A stretch of DNA of 59,054 nt, taken from contig JAAXXZ010000006.1 of NCBI GenBank assembly GCA_013334245.1, positions 1-59,054 on the forward strand, in the 5' to 3' direction. The stretch is from Candidatus Moraniibacteriota bacterium (GTDB taxonomy: Bacteria > Patescibacteriota > Minisyncoccia > Moranbacterales > UBA1568). A program made the position numbers and the translations under genes. Below are positions 48,050-57,920 of this stretch, in pieces. The notes under the pieces are model-generated. The model made no database searches. It saw only the letters and a list, made by a program, of their open reading frames with translations, and was not told where the DNA came from. Every line of letters begins with the position of its first letter. The stretch's first letter is position 1.

Positions 48050-49243
48050 ATGGATAAAAAACAGAAGGTCATCGTCGCCATCGTCGCGATTGTCGCCGCG
48101 CTCGGGGTGCTGTATTTCACGGTCGGCCGGGACGCGTTTCGGAAATCGCGGGTGGATCGGATAAAGATGGAGAACGAGGCGGCGCAGGTTTCGTCGGGCC
48201 CTATCAACGAGGGGAATGTAAGTCCGATTTCCGGACTCGCATGCGATAACTGGAACCGTCGGCCGTTCGCGTTCATGCAGCCGGTGGACAAACAGGCGCG
48301 CCCGGTGGCCGGCTTCTCACAGGCCGACATGGTCTTCGAGATGCCGAATCCCGCGGCCGGCATTTTCGTCACTCGTCTCATGGGTGTGTACCTGTGCAAC
48401 ATACCGAATGAGATCGGTGCCCTGCGGAGCGCGCGACACGACTACATCAACATCGCGAAGGGGCTGGATGCGGTATTCGTCGGGTGGGGCGGATCGGCAT
48501 TCGCGGTGAAGAAACTCAACGACGGAGTCATCGACAATATCGACTGCAACGGCGAAGGCGGGAAGAAGGCTCCTCAGTGCTGCTTCCGCAAAGAGCGGAC
48601 CGGGCTCATGAGAGCCGAAGATACCGGATTCGCGAAGGGCGAGTCGATACTGTCCTGCGCGAAGGAGTTCGGCTATCGGTCCGAGAACAAATTCGTCGGG
48701 TATCCGCACCAGGCCGAGACGGCCGAGGCCGATCGCCCGGCAGGAGGGCATCTCCGCGTCGGATATCCGGGCATGATGGAGGCGGAGTATGATTACGACA
48801 AAGCGACGAACTCGTATCCTCGCACCTGGGGAAACGAGCCTGATACGGACCGGAACAACGGGCAGCGCATCGCGCCGAAGAATATCGTCGTCGTGACGGC
48901 CGAGAACGAGCAGATCATGGCAAACGTCGATTATACCGCCAGAGGTGTGCAGGATCCCTGGGCGGGCCTCCCAGAGGCGGAAAAGACCGGTCCGACGAAT
49001 ATTTCCGGCCGGTACAACAACCTTCAGCTCGGCGATCCATGGTTCGATACGAAGGAGGGCGGTTCCGCGCGGTTCTTCATGAACGGCCAGGAAATCAAAG
49101 GCACGTGGAAGAAATCCAAGGCGAGTTCCGATTCCAAGCTGTTTTTCTACGATGCGAACGGCCAGGAGATCAAATTCGTTCCGGGGCAGATTTGGGTCGA
49201 GGTGGTCATTCCGGAACAGGAGGTCGAATGGAAACAGCTCTAG
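48050..49243 (+). CDS. DUF3048 (YerB-like) membrane-anchored protein
   Basis: SPISGL, ARP..G.SQAD.V.E, TR, RSAR, GQ.IKGTW.K, PGQIWVEV. Confidence 0.85.
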   Translation: MDKKQKVIVAIVAIVAALGVLYFTVGRDAFRKSRVDRIKMENEAAQVSSGPINEGNVSPISGLACDNWNRRPFAFMQPVDKQARPVAGFSQADMVFEMPNPAAGIFVTRLMGVYLCNIPNEIGALRSARHDYINIAKGLDAVFVGWGGSAFAVKKLNDGVIDNIDCNGEGGKKAPQCCFRKERTGLMRAEDTGFAKGESILSCAKEFGYRSENKFVGYPHQAETAEADRPAGGHLRVGYPGMMEAEYDYDKATNSYPRTWGNEPDTDRNNGQRIAPKNIVVVTAENEQIMANVDYTARGVQDPWAGLPEAEKTGPTNISGRYNNLQLGDPWFDTKEGGSARFFMNGQEIKGTWKKSKASSDSKLFFYDANGQEIKFVPGQIWVEVVIPEQEVEWKQL

Positions 49244-49407
49244 CTTCATTCCGGCTCGTTTTCCGAGTCTGATATACTGGGAGGGTCATCCGACTCTCCC
49301 TTTCCGTATCTACCGCCCAAGCGCGGCAAAATCGAATTTCGAAGGAAATCAGAAATTTGAATGATGAAAATCCGAAACGAAGTCGAATATCAGAATCTGA
49401 ATACTCT

Positions 49408-50361
49408 ATGATCGTTCTCCTCACCGGCAAGGACCGGTTCCGGCTCGTGAGACGACGCACGGAATTGAAGAAGGGATTTCTCGCGAAATATCCGTCGGGA
49501 AGCATCATCATCATCGACGCTTCCACGGATCCCGCTTCGGTTTCACGGAAAATGCTTGAAGCCGGTTCGGCGGACCTGTTTTCTTCGGAATGTCTGCTCG
49601 ATGTGCGTGAAGCGCTTTCGCTTCCCGACGACGATGCGAGAGCGATCAGTGATGCGATCAAACGGCTCGGGGAAAATGCCTCCATGGTGTTTTCACAGAC
49701 CGATGTGCCGAAGGCGAAGGACAAACTGTTCGGATATCTCAAAAAACATGCGGGCAAGGTCGAGCTCTTCGAGCCGCTTTCTTCCCGCGAGGCGGAGTCG
49801 TTCGTGATCGCCGAAGCGAAGGCGGTCGTTCCCGGTATTACGTTTTCGCGGTCCGCCCTGGCGAAAATCATATCCGTATGTGGAACCGATTCCGCCAGGC
49901 TCTCGTCGGAAGCCAAGAAAATCGCCCAGTTCAGGGGCGAGGGAGAAGTGTCGGTGCAAGACGTGGACCTGTTCCTTCGGGAGGACTCGCACGAGAAGGT
50001 GTTCGTCGCGCTCGACGCACTCGTATCCGGCAATCGGGCGCGTGCGCTCGAGCTGTTGCTGCATGAGGCGCGGTCGGATTCGGGAGGCATTCACAAACTG
50101 TTCGGGCTGCTCGCGTGGCAGATCCGCGAACTATTCAAGGTCCGGGGCGAATATGACCGCGGAAACATGCGGGCCGACGATATCGCGCGCGCGACCGGCA
50201 TGAAACCGTTCGTCGTGGGAAAACTGCTTTCGAGAATGGGTGTCTTTTCGCTTTCCCGTCTCAAGTCGGGACTGTCCCTTCTCGCCGACCTCGATGCCGA
50301 TATGAAAATCGGAAAGATCGAACCCGAACTCGCGTTGACTTTGTTCGTAGAGAAACTGTGA
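49408..50361 (+). CDS. holA: DNA polymerase III delta subunit
   Basis: MI.LL.G.D.F start, DLF, F.A.DA, PFVV.K, D..MK.G; near rpsT. Confidence 0.85.
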   Translation: MIVLLTGKDRFRLVRRRTELKKGFLAKYPSGSIIIIDASTDPASVSRKMLEAGSADLFSSECLLDVREALSLPDDDARAISDAIKRLGENASMVFSQTDVPKAKDKLFGYLKKHAGKVELFEPLSSREAESFVIAEAKAVVPGITFSRSALAKIISVCGTDSARLSSEAKKIAQFRGEGEVSVQDVDLFLREDSHEKVFVALDALVSGNRARALELLLHEARSDSGGIHKLFGLLAWQIRELFKVRGEYDRGNMRADDIARATGMKPFVVGKLLSRMGVFSLSRLKSGLSLLADLDADMKIGKIEPELALTLFVEKL

Positions 50362-50427
50362 TTCTTGTAATAAGATTTAGGCTTTGTTGAAATCCCCTCG
50401 CGGGGTCAATTTTTGCTTTGCTGAAAA

Positions 50428-50462
50428 ATGCTAATTATAGTATGTAGAACTAAAATTAGCAT
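50428..50462. promoter_or_regulatory. Inverted repeat upstream of the controller gene (candidate operator)
   Basis: ATGCTAATT-A-TAGT...ACTA-A-AATTAGCAT. Confidence 0.45.
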
Positions 50463-50499
50463 TCTCATATACTACTGTCAGTTTATAGATCACGGAAAT

Positions 50500-50715
50500 A
50501 TGAGTAAAAAGACATTGGAAAAATTTGGAACGAAAGTCAGAGAAGAACGACAGAAGAGAGGTCTTTCTCAGGAGGAGCTAGCTGTTAGGGCAGGAGTGCA
50601 TCGAACCTATATAGGGATGATTGAGCGAGCTGAGAAGAACATAACCTTGGATAATATAGAAAAAATTGCCGGCGCATTAGAAATGAAGCTAGCTGAAATA
50701 TTTGGTGATTTATGA
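50500..50715 (+). CDS. XRE-family HTH, R-M controller (C) protein
   Basis: GLSQEELA..AGVHRTYIG.IER.E.N.TL; 4-bp overlap with the next gene. Confidence 0.88.
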   Translation: MSKKTLEKFGTKVREERQKRGLSQEELAVRAGVHRTYIGMIERAEKNITLDNIEKIAGALEMKLAEIFGDL

Positions 50716-51512
50716 GTATGAATATACAGCCGATTTTGTGTCAAATCAAAAACGATTTTGAACGCACAATAACAACGTCGACATTTAATGGAAAAAGATA
50801 TGCAAATGGAAATAAGGCGAAAGAGGCATTAATTCGCTCTCAAAAGATCATCAATCTGATTCATGAGTTCATCAAAGAGGATTTCATTAGCTGTGGAATA
50901 CCAGATAACTTCGTGTACCCACCAGTAGGTTCTTCCAAGCCAGAAATCAAAGTGAAAGGGTTCTTAAAGTCGAAAAATCAAGATGTAACAATCGTTCCTA
51001 ATCCGGGATTGTTGGAATCATCAAATCAGAATGACCAACTGAATGAGAAAATCCTTTGCGTGAATATTAGGAGTCAATTAAGTAGCTTGAGCAAGAACAT
51101 CGATACTCTTTATGAAAGGACTTTTGCAGAAGCATTAAATCTTCATTTAAGTTACCCTAAACAATGTTTAGGTGAGGTCTATCTGATACCCACGCATGAA
51201 TATGATGATAAAGCTATGCTGTATGGCAGAGTAAGTTTTAAGTCTGCTTCAAAAATAGAGGATTATATACGGATGTTTCAAGCGATAAATAATCGGCGAA
51301 ATACAACCGAAGATGGATATAAATATGAAAGAGTGTGTCTATTGATCGTGGATTTTCGTCCGGCGAATCCAAAAATGTATGGAACAATATCCGAATTGAA
51401 AAAAGATGGTTTGCTGCCGGTTAGTTCTACGGCAAGTCTCGAAAAATTGACAACAAAAAACTTCGCCAAAGATCTGCTGGCAGTCTATACTAAGCGATTT
51501 GGCGCGTTTTGA
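50712..51512 (+). CDS. Probable type II restriction endonuclease
   Basis: K.QDV...NIRSQLSS..KN.DT..ER..AEA.NLH; lies between C gene and methyltransferase. Confidence 0.7.
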   Translation: MSMNIQPILCQIKNDFERTITTSTFNGKRYANGNKAKEALIRSQKIINLIHEFIKEDFISCGIPDNFVYPPVGSSKPEIKVKGFLKSKNQDVTIVPNPGLLESSNQNDQLNEKILCVNIRSQLSSLSKNIDTLYERTFAEALNLHLSYPKQCLGEVYLIPTHEYDDKAMLYGRVSFKSASKIEDYIRMFQAINNRRNTTEDGYKYERVCLLIVDFRPANPKMYGTISELKKDGLLPVSSTASLEKLTTKNFAKDLLAVYTKRFGAF

Positions 51513-51516
51513 GCAA

Positions 51517-53361
51517 TTAGAAGACAAGACCATATTTTTTTATCAAGAAATTATCGATTTTCAATTGGTCCGTTTCCGCTCTGAGGAATTCGAGATCGTT
51601 TCTTGAAAAAGAAGGGACGCCGAACAGCTCAATAAAATTTTTTTGGTAGCACGGATAGCCGCCGTCTATTGAGACGCTGGTAGTTTTTATGTAATACCCC
51701 ATTACTTTTGAGTTCAAAATTTTTCCAAGCACATGTAGATCCAACTCGCATTCTGTATCGGAAAATAAATTTTTCCTATTGATAAGGTATACCGCATAGC
51801 CATTGCAAAATAATGAGTCATCATCTTCTTCCAATAAGAATCGTGGTTTTGCACTAAATGTGGGGGTAAGCAGCTTTTTTCCCTTGAAATTTAGGCCTTG
51901 CGTTCTTGCGTAAGAATACCACTCTGGATAATCAACTTTCCCCTTATCTCTGGTGAGTAGCTCGGTTTTTGCCGCAGAAAGATAGTTAAAGCAATAAGGG
52001 TAGTTTTCTTTAAGTTCAGATTCGCTGAGTACTTGCATTTTTCCGGCTCGCTTAACGTATGGGAAAATAATCCTTCTTTGATTAGATGACAAGCTATCTT
52101 GATCATTAAAGTCAGAAATTTTAGCGATTGGCTTAGTAATTGCTTGCTCGACTTTGTAATCGATATTCTGATACGTTTTGATATAGTATCCGTCAACTAA
52201 CTTATTTCCATCTATAAAGTAAACCGAATCTTTACATGTCGCGATTCCGACTCGTATATCAACAATATTACCGAGCTTGTCGCCTGCTGATTCAATTTTT
52301 GAGACGTTTTCCTTATCGATTTGTCTAAGAAGTCTCCATTTTTTTTTATTCAGTTCCCTGAATAAGATTTTTGTATATCGTCGCTCGCTTAGCGTTTTTA
52401 GAGCGTTATAGTCGTCTATTTTTTCGTACTCAAAAAAATCCTCCTCGTTCCATTTGAGGAACGTAATGCAGGTATATGTTTGGGCTTCAAATACTTTGAG
52501 ATGATTAAAATCTAGTATTCTTTCCAAAAGCTTGTTTGACTCAAAGTAGTCTCGGAGAGGGATGGCTGCTAATGATGTGAAATAATTATTCGGCGTAATA
52601 AAACAAAGCCTCCCGGACTTTTTCATTATGCTGGCGCCTAGTTCAAAAAAGGCAAAATATAGGTTAAAGCTCCCAGTATTGAGTGTTTGCCAATTCGTAT
52701 TTAATTTCACCCTAAGTGATCTATCCAAATCTTGAAATTTTACATAGGGTGGATTGCCTATTACTAAGTCAAACTTTTCAGAAAACAATTCTTTCCAGTC
52801 CGCTGACAAACTGTCAGCAGTTTTCAGATTAAAATGAATATTTGCGACATCCTCGCCATGCTGCAACGCAAATAGCGTCAATAAAGTCATCGTTCTTTTT
52901 ACGCTATAATCGGCAATGTCTACGCCGTAAAGATTTTGTTCGATTGTATCTACGACAGGTTTTCCGAAATATTCAAAAAAGTGTTCTGCTGAGGCAATAA
53001 GGAACGCTCCGCAGCCACAGCTTGGGTCACAAATCCTATCGTCTGGAGATTCAATTGTTTGTTTGACGATGTAATCCGTGATTAGTTTTGGGGTAAAAAA
53101 GGCACCGTTTATTTTTTTGTCATTTTGTGGAACTAATAACTCAAAAATGTTTACAAAATCAGTTATATCATTTGATAAAAAATCATTTCGAAAAAAGTTT
53201 TTCGCATCTAAAACGGCAGGAGAATTATCCGCGGCCATTCCCTTTATGAGTACGTTTTGACTTACTTTGATATCGTTTAGCTCAATAAACAATTGAACCA
53301 GGGCAGTCTCAATTACCTGTACGTCAAATTTTTCTAATGCTTTAGTGAGAATTTTTTTCAT
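51517..53361 (-). CDS. N6-adenine DNA methyltransferase, gamma class (TaqI/Eco57I-like)
   Basis: GAFFTP, DPSCGCGAF, IGNPPY in gamma order; C-terminal TRD with LNS. Confidence 0.92.
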   Translation of the reverse strand: MKKILTKALEKFDVQVIETALVQLFIELNDIKVSQNVLIKGMAADNSPAVLDAKNFFRNDFLSNDITDFVNIFELLVPQNDKKINGAFFTPKLITDYIVKQTIESPDDRICDPSCGCGAFLIASAEHFFEYFGKPVVDTIEQNLYGVDIADYSVKRTMTLLTLFALQHGEDVANIHFNLKTADSLSADWKELFSEKFDLVIGNPPYVKFQDLDRSLRVKLNTNWQTLNTGSFNLYFAFFELGASIMKKSGRLCFITPNNYFTSLAAIPLRDYFESNKLLERILDFNHLKVFEAQTYTCITFLKWNEEDFFEYEKIDDYNALKTLSERRYTKILFRELNKKKWRLLRQIDKENVSKIESAGDKLGNIVDIRVGIATCKDSVYFIDGNKLVDGYYIKTYQNIDYKVEQAITKPIAKISDFNDQDSLSSNQRRIIFPYVKRAGKMQVLSESELKENYPYCFNYLSAAKTELLTRDKGKVDYPEWYSYARTQGLNFKGKKLLTPTFSAKPRFLLEEDDDSLFCNGYAVYLINRKNLFSDTECELDLHVLGKILNSKVMGYYIKTTSVSIDGGYPCYQKNFIELFGVPSFSRNDLEFLRAETDQLKIDNFLIKKYGLVF

Positions 53362-53441
53362 GTTGCCGATAGCTAATTGCTAACTTTAGTATACACATTT
53401 TTAAGCTAGCCTACAAGTACGTTCAGTCTGAGATGCTATCG

Positions 53442-53469
53442 AAAACCCCGCCGGAATGACGGGGTTTTT
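53442..53469. terminator. Terminator downstream of rpsT
   Basis: AAAACCCCG/CGGGGTTTT. Confidence 0.75.
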
Positions 53470-53490
53470 ACTGTCTGAAATCGGTGGGGA

Positions 53491-53760
53491 CTACTTCGTC
53501 GCGGCTTTCTTGATGGCGGCGTTGAGGCGGGACTTCTTGCGGGCGGCGGTGTTTTTCTTGAGTACGCCCTTCGCGACGGCCTTGTCGATGGCCTTCTGAG
53601 CCTTCTTGAACGCTTCTTTGGCGGCATCCAGCTTCTCGGTAGCGACCGCCTCACGGGTGGCCTTGATGGCGCTCTTGAACACGCCTTTCACGACCTTGTT
53701 TTGGGCCGTCTTGTGGTCGGTCACGCGCATGTACTTCTTGGCGTTCTTCTTGATCGGCAT
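53491..53760 (-). CDS. rpsT: 30S ribosomal protein S20
   Basis: MPIKKNAKK...IDKA..KG.LKKN.AARKKSRL. Confidence 0.97.
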   Translation of the reverse strand: MPIKKNAKKYMRVTDHKTAQNKVVKGVFKSAIKATREAVATEKLDAAKEAFKKAQKAIDKAVAKGVLKKNTAARKKSRLNAAIKKAATK

Positions 53761-54124
53761 AGCGGTTGTCTTGATGATGAAAAAACGACCCGATTAAGGT
53801 CTCCTCTTTTGTATCATGTTGGGTGGATTCTGGCAAGTCTCGTCGCTCGCGACCGACGTGACTTGCCTATATTATTTTCGCGAAGGGCGGGGCGAGTCTG
53901 ACTGCTCGCGATCGATGCACTGGGACCCGGATTCTTTCAAATGTCAGTATTCATTGCTGGAAAGAATATCAAAAAGGAGTTAAAATCCCTCCCCTCGAAG
54001 ACTCGGTACTCCCTTTTTTGAAAAGGGAGAAACGACAATTGATTATGGTTGAAAATATAGTTTTGTGGCGGGTTTTAGGGAATTCCGGTATTATATAGGG
54101 GATTTCACCAGTCAGATCGAACGT

Positions 54125-54700
54125 ATGATCGCATGGATTACGGGGAAAAATCTGGGTATCCGCGGCGGAGCCGTCATCGTGGACGTGGCCGGAATCGGAT
54201 ACAGGGTACAGACGTCGGCATATGTCCTCGGAAAGGTCGCCGGTTCCGAAAACGTATCTTTTCATATCCATACGCATGTCCGTGAAGACGTGCTCGCGCT
54301 CTACGGCTTTCTCTCCGAGGAAGAGTTATCCATGTTCGAATCGCTGATTTCTGTGTCCGGCATCGGTCCGAAGGCGGCGCTCGGAATACTTTCCATCGCG
54401 GATACGGACACCATTCGAACCGCCATCGTACAGAAAGACCCGTCGCTTCTCACTCAGGTTTCGGGCGTCGGGAAGAAGACCGCAGAACGAGTCATCGTGG
54501 AACTGCAGAACAAGGTGACCGCGCCGACCGGCAAGGGTGCCGGCGTGGTGACAGCCGACGGCGAGGCGATCGAAGCGCTCCTGTCGCTCGGGTACAAGGT
54601 CAGCGAGGCGCGCGATGCGTTGAAAGCGGTTCCTGCCGATACGAAGGACGTCGGCGAGAAAGTACGCGCGGCTCTCAGATTGTTGGGGAAGAAGAAATAA
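54125..54700 (+). CDS. ruvA: Holliday junction branch migration protein
   Basis: V.GIGY, VRED..LYGF, VSGIGPK.AL, GVGKKTAER, ALLSLGY. Confidence 0.97.
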   Translation: MIAWITGKNLGIRGGAVIVDVAGIGYRVQTSAYVLGKVAGSENVSFHIHTHVREDVLALYGFLSEEELSMFESLISVSGIGPKAALGILSIADTDTIRTAIVQKDPSLLTQVSGVGKKTAERVIVELQNKVTAPTGKGAGVVTADGEAIEALLSLGYKVSEARDALKAVPADTKDVGEKVRAALRLLGKKK

Positions 54701-54889
54701 AAATAAGTCACAAGTCGAAAGTCTAGAGTGCCAACAACTTACAACTGACAACGGAGACGCGCAGTGATGATGCGGAGTATGTGAAAGGTTGTATCGTTGA
54801 CAGTATAAAGTCTATAAGGTCGAAACGGAGGCAATTTCGAATCAATATCGAATGAATTCAATTCTGCAATCTGAAAATCGGAAAAACGC

Positions 54890-55891
54890 ATGAATATGAC
54901 GGACGAGTTGCTCCAGTCGGAGGAGTGGATGCGGTTTCAGGAGGCGGCCGGAAGGCGCGTCGTGCGTCTTTGCGGTAAGTATTGGAGTGCGAACGGAGTT
55001 GTGCACCGGTTGCCGATCGTGGGGGAATACCTGTATGTTCCACGCGGACCACGCGTGGAAAGCACAAAGCCCAAAATACAAATACCAAACGAAACACAAA
55101 ACCCGGATCACAAAACCCGGATAGAACCTGTAATGGAAGCGTTACGAGCGAAAGCGAAGGAACTGAGTGTCGGATGGATACGGATCGAACCGGAGACGGA
55201 TACGGCGCTTTCGGAGATTCGCGAAGCGACGAAGGGAGCGAAGATCACGAAGGCGCCGCATGACATGCAGCCGCGCGAGACGTTCGTAGTCGACCTTGCG
55301 CCGACCGAAGAGGAACTGCTTGCACAGATGAAACCCAAAGCAAGGTACAATATCGGCGTCGCGAAAAAACGTGGCGTGAACGTGGTGATGTCGTCCGATG
55401 CGAAATATGTGGAGGCGTTCATCCGGTTGGTGATGGGAACCGCAGACCGCAAGGGGATCGTTCCGCATCCGAAGGGCTACTATGAAGCGATGTGTGCGTC
55501 GCTTCTCGATGAGAACGGAAAAATCTTTGCAGCGGAAAAAGATGGTGAGATCATCGCCGCGAACGTGGTCATTTTCCATGGGAACACGGCGACGTATCTG
55601 CACGGCGGATCCGATGAGGCATTCCGGGCGGATATGGCACCGTTTCTTCTGCAGTGGGAGGCGATGCGCGAAGCGAAGCGGCACGGATGTTCGCGGTATG
55701 ATTTTGGTGGAGTTTCCATGGCGGAGCTTGAGGCGGGTACGGGAAAGTGGCTCGGCATCACCCGGTTCAAGACCGGTTTTTCTCCCACGACTTCCGCGAC
55801 CGTATTTCCGGGCGCGTATGATGTCGTCCTTTCTCCGGTGCGGTACTGGGCGTATAAGATGATACAGAGAGTGAAGAGGGTTGTCAGGTGA
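54890..55891 (+). CDS. FemAB/FemX-like peptidoglycan peptidyltransferase
   Basis: LQS.EW..F, Y.PRGP, K.RYNI..A.K.GV, YLHGGS, YDFGG, FK.GF. Confidence 0.9.
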   Translation: MNMTDELLQSEEWMRFQEAAGRRVVRLCGKYWSANGVVHRLPIVGEYLYVPRGPRVESTKPKIQIPNETQNPDHKTRIEPVMEALRAKAKELSVGWIRIEPETDTALSEIREATKGAKITKAPHDMQPRETFVVDLAPTEEELLAQMKPKARYNIGVAKKRGVNVVMSSDAKYVEAFIRLVMGTADRKGIVPHPKGYYEAMCASLLDENGKIFAAEKDGEIIAANVVIFHGNTATYLHGGSDEAFRADMAPFLLQWEAMREAKRHGCSRYDFGGVSMAELEAGTGKWLGITRFKTGFSPTTSATVFPGAYDVVLSPVRYWAYKMIQRVKRVVR

Positions 55892-55912
55892 TTCAAAATA
55901 ATAAATCTTCTC

Positions 55913-56031
55913 CGTTGTCATTCCGACCGAGTCCGCAAGTGGAGGAATCTGCCTTACAACACGATTCACCTCCGTTTATTGCAGATCCCTCGACTCCTCC
56001 GGCATGCGCCGGACTTCGGCTCGGGATGACA
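55913..56031. repeat. Inverted pair of REP-like palindromes upstream of the GIY-YIG gene
   Basis: A-type 55913-55951 TGTCATTCCGACC...GGAGGAATCTG; B-type 55981-56031 CAGATCCCTCGACT...GCTCGGGATGACA. Confidence 0.85.
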
Positions 56032-56048
56032 GACTATGTTGTGAATGT

Positions 56049-56330
56049 ATGAAGGCATACTGCGTTTACATTCTCGCGAGTATCAATAAAACGCTCTATA
56101 TCGGGGTGACAAGTGATTTGAAGCGGCGTATTTGGGAACATAAAAACAAGGTTGTGCCGGGATTCACGGAACGGTACAATGTCGACAGGCTGGTGTATTA
56201 TGAACAGACGGAGAATGTCTATTCGGCACTGGAACGCGAGAAACAGCTAAAGAAGTGGCGAAGGGATAAGAAGATATCCCTGATCGAGAAAGAGAATCCG
56301 CTGTGGGAGGATTTGTATCCGACATTGTGA
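56049..56330 (+). CDS. Small stand-alone GIY-YIG endonuclease
   Basis: VYIL...TLYIGVT.DL.RR..EH, LVYYE, A..REKQLK.WRR..K..LIE..NP.W.DL. Confidence 0.93.
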   Translation: MKAYCVYILASINKTLYIGVTSDLKRRIWEHKNKVVPGFTERYNVDRLVYYEQTENVYSALEREKQLKKWRRDKKISLIEKENPLWEDLYPTL

Positions 56331-56350
56331 GCGACGGCGTGTCAATTGCT

Positions 56351-56574
56351 GGTCCCTCGACTATTCCGGCATGCGCCGGATTTCGGCTCGGGACGACAAA
56401 CAAAAAGAATTGAGTATAGTCGTTGTCATTCCGACCGAGTCGGCGAGTGGAGGAATCTGAATGGAACGAAGGAATTGATCTTGTTTGTAGCAGATCCCTC
56501 GACTACGCTCGGGATGACAACATTAGGTCCCTCGACTATTCCAGCATGAGTCAGATTTCGGCTCGGGATGACAA
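56351..56574. repeat. Four REP-like palindromes downstream of the GIY-YIG gene
   Basis: B 56351-56399, A 56421-56459, B 56490-56520, B 56526-56574. Confidence 0.85.
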
Positions 56575-56592
56575 TATTAGAAAGTATTTCCT

Positions 56593-57870
56593 ATGAAATC
56601 CTTCAAACGACTCGTCTCGAAAATCGTGCCACAACGATCCAAGAATGTCGCACATGGCGCGGAGGCATGGCTGTCCGCCGCACTGTTCGGATTCCCAGCG
56701 AAGGGGATGACGATTGCGGGGGTCACGGGGACGGACGGCAAGACGACGACGGCGAATTTCCTCGCGAACATGCTCGAGGCCGGCGGGAAGCGCGTCGCGC
56801 TCGCGTCGACGGTATCGTTTAAGGTCGCTGGCAGCGTACGGGTGAACGCGTCGAAATACACCACGCTCGGCGGATACCATCTTCAGAAGTTCCTGCGCGA
56901 TGCGAAAAAAGCGGGATGCACGCATGTCGTGCTCGAAGCGTCCTCTCACGCACTCGATCAGGGGCGACTGTCGGGCGTCCGTTTTGCGGTCGCCGTCATC
57001 ACGAACGTGACCCGCGAACACCTCGATTATCACAAGACGATGGAAGAATACCGTCGGGCGAAGCGTCGTCTGTTCGATCACGCGGATGCGGCGGTCGTGA
57101 ATCTCGACATGTGGGAGCCGGAGTTTTTCCTGCGTCGGGCGAAGCGGAAGTCGACCTATTCCACGATCGAATCCTCGGCGGACCTCCTTGCCGAAAACCT
57201 GACACTTTCGCTCGACGGATCGAAATTCTCGATCGGTGAGACCGACTTCGAACTTCGCCTCCCAGGCAAATTCAATGTAGAGAACGTGCTCGCCGCGGCG
57301 GCGGCCGCGTCGCTTCTCGGCATTCCGATGGACGTGATCGCGCAGGCCGCATCGGAGCTCGTGCTGGTGCCGGGGCGCATGGAATCCGTGAAAAACGGAC
57401 TCGGCGCGACGATCATCATCGACTATGCGGTGACACCGGACGCACTCGGCAAGCTCTACGAACTCGTTTCGTCGATGCGGACCGTCGGGACGAAGATCGT
57501 TTCCGTGTTCGGGGCCTGCGGGGACCGCGATCGGGGCAAGCGACCGATCATGGGAGAGATCGTCTCATCGAATGCGGACATCATAATCCTGACCGATGAA
57601 GACCCGTATTACGAAAATCCGGAGCGCATCCTTGACGAAATCCAGGAAGGTATCCGCAACAAGGAAATCGGAGAATCGTTTTTCCGCATACGTGACCGAC
57701 GAACGGCGATACGAAAAGGACTTTCACTGCTCTCTCCGGGCGACATCATGCTCGTGACCGGCAAGGGCGCCGAGGAGGTCATGCTCGTCGGCGACGAACG
57801 CATCCCGTGGAACGATAAGAAAGTCATTGCCGAGGAGTTGGAATCGCTTTCTGAAATATCGCGTAGCTGA
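56593..57870 (+). CDS. murE: UDP-MurNAc-tripeptide synthetase
   Basis: GVTGTDGKTTT, EASSHAL.QGR, EHLDYH, PGRME, G.RD.GKRP.MG, GKG. Confidence 0.93.
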   Translation: MKSFKRLVSKIVPQRSKNVAHGAEAWLSAALFGFPAKGMTIAGVTGTDGKTTTANFLANMLEAGGKRVALASTVSFKVAGSVRVNASKYTTLGGYHLQKFLRDAKKAGCTHVVLEASSHALDQGRLSGVRFAVAVITNVTREHLDYHKTMEEYRRAKRRLFDHADAAVVNLDMWEPEFFLRRAKRKSTYSTIESSADLLAENLTLSLDGSKFSIGETDFELRLPGKFNVENVLAAAAAASLLGIPMDVIAQAASELVLVPGRMESVKNGLGATIIIDYAVTPDALGKLYELVSSMRTVGTKIVSVFGACGDRDRGKRPIMGEIVSSNADIIILTDEDPYYENPERILDEIQEGIRNKEIGESFFRIRDRRTAIRKGLSLLSPGDIMLVTGKGAEEVMLVGDERIPWNDKKVIAEELESLSEISRS

Positions 57871-57920
57871 CGAAGATTTTTTCGCGTGATATACTTTCTT
57901 ATAAACGGTAAAGGAACGAC

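Noticed and set aside
29249-49249. Long antisense ORFs such as 29249..30142, 39283..40311, 45224..46156, 46598..47512, 48317..49249
   Set aside because: Shadows of well-supported GC-rich genes on the opposite strand.
35248-54700. ruvA separated from ruvB and ruvC
   Set aside because: All three are intact; dispersed ruv genes are unremarkable.
55913-56574. CRISPR array
   Set aside because: Repeats alternate in orientation, vary internally, have irregular spacing, and no cas genes are present.
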